From positions 13,104,101-13,168,100 of the forward strand of contig NC_092677.1 of assembly GCF_964355755.1 (NCBI RefSeq): DNA of 64,000 bases, read 5' to 3'. The notes under the pieces are model-generated. The model was not told the origin of the DNA. It worked only from the letters and a program-made list of their open reading frames with translations, and did not search any database. This document shows positions 62,979 through 64,000 of the stretch, one piece after another. Each line of letters opens with the position of its first letter. Position 1 is the first letter of the stretch. The position numbers and the translations under genes were made by a program. Origin of the DNA: Antedon mediterranea. Taxonomy: Eukaryota > Animalia > Echinodermata.

Positions 62979-63910
62979 TGGCCGTATTCACCAATCTCAC
63001 TTAGGCTAAGGGAAATACTTACCCATAAAATTTAAGGGATTCAGTTACCTAAGGAAAACACTTAATTTAAGGGTAAAACTTAAGGGTAAAAATAATCATA
63101 AATATTCATGAGTTGTCCTATTGTCCAATCACAGAGGATTTAATTCCCCTATGGTCCAATCACTTTCATCTCTAAAACTAATTTGCATATTTAAAAAAAG
63201 AGCCGAGGTTGTGGGGATGGGGAGGATAAGAGAAAAGTGTGTGGAAGAAAATGAATATTAGACCTAGACTAAATTTATGAGGATCAAGAAAATAGGTCTA
63301 GCCTATATATACTAACAAATCAACATTCTGTGTAGGCCTAAACCTGTCTGTATTGGGGAATATGCACCCTAGGCTTGTTACTGGGCAGACCAACAGGGGG
63401 CATAGTAGGATCTCCACCTAGCCTACTACTAGAGAATGGGCTAATTTCTATTAGGCCTACAACGAAATGGGAAGCCATCTTCCACGAAAATAATGTCAGT
63501 CAAAACAAAAACAAATAAATGAATATATAGGCATAGACTAATTTGTATAGTGAGGATCAGCAAAAAAGGTCTAAATGCTACTCAAACCAAACATGAATCC
63601 TAGGCTGGTTAGTGGGCAGACCAATAGGGGGCCTAGCATCTCTACCTAGCCTAGACTGGGGCTGTCTGCAAGTAGGCATAGTACTCGAACATACAGAATC
63701 GTCAGCACAACCAAGGTACTGAATAGTTAAGGGAAAAACTCTGAGGTCCCTTAAAAGTTAAGGGGAAAATAGACCAAGTTAAGGGTTTCCCTTAACCTTA
63801 AACCATTTGTGAATACCACTTAAGTGAAACCCTTAATATTTTCTTGATTTAAGAGAAATTCTTAGGATTTAAGGGAAATATCTCACTCAAGTTATTGGTG
63901 AATACGGCCA
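62979..63910. mobile_element. PIF/Harbinger-type non-autonomous element (CTG TSD)
   Basis: CTG|TGGCCGTATTCACCAAT ... ATTGGTGAATACGGCCA|CTG. Subterminal TTAAGGG repeats at both ends and an internal duplication (~63250-63430 vs ~63516-63655). Confidence 0.85.
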
Positions 63911-64000
63911 CTGGATCCGCTGACTGTCATTGATGTGCACACTACATATGTTGACATGGATGAACGTAGTTCGATCGAAACGTAGCTTGGTTCGGTGATA

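Overview
AT-rich eukaryotic (metazoan invertebrate, plausibly echinoderm-like) genomic DNA, not prokaryotic. The only host coding sequence I can support is the first two coding exons of a minus-strand calbindin/calretinin/secretagogin-family EF-hand gene (3542-3431 and 1568-1495; not in the ORF track), which continues off the left edge. The remaining ~60 kb is repeat-rich non-coding DNA. It holds four LINE fragments (CR1, CR1/L2-group, L2, RTE) and a Deu/Nin-domain SINE. An internally deleted AcademX transposon (spliced XPG/Cys-finger transposase, ~740-bp TIRs, TAT TSD) is inserted into a 29-bp minisatellite. There are also Harbinger-, Kolobok- and MULE-like MITEs, a 29-copy 67-bp satellite and long simple repeats. 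The most unusual signals are a 17+1+17-bp P-element-type excision footprint with a 7-bp TSD and strong enrichment of TA-xxx-TA and TA-GGCC-TA words that may be mass transposon excision scars. Most long ORFs in the track are repeat artefacts.
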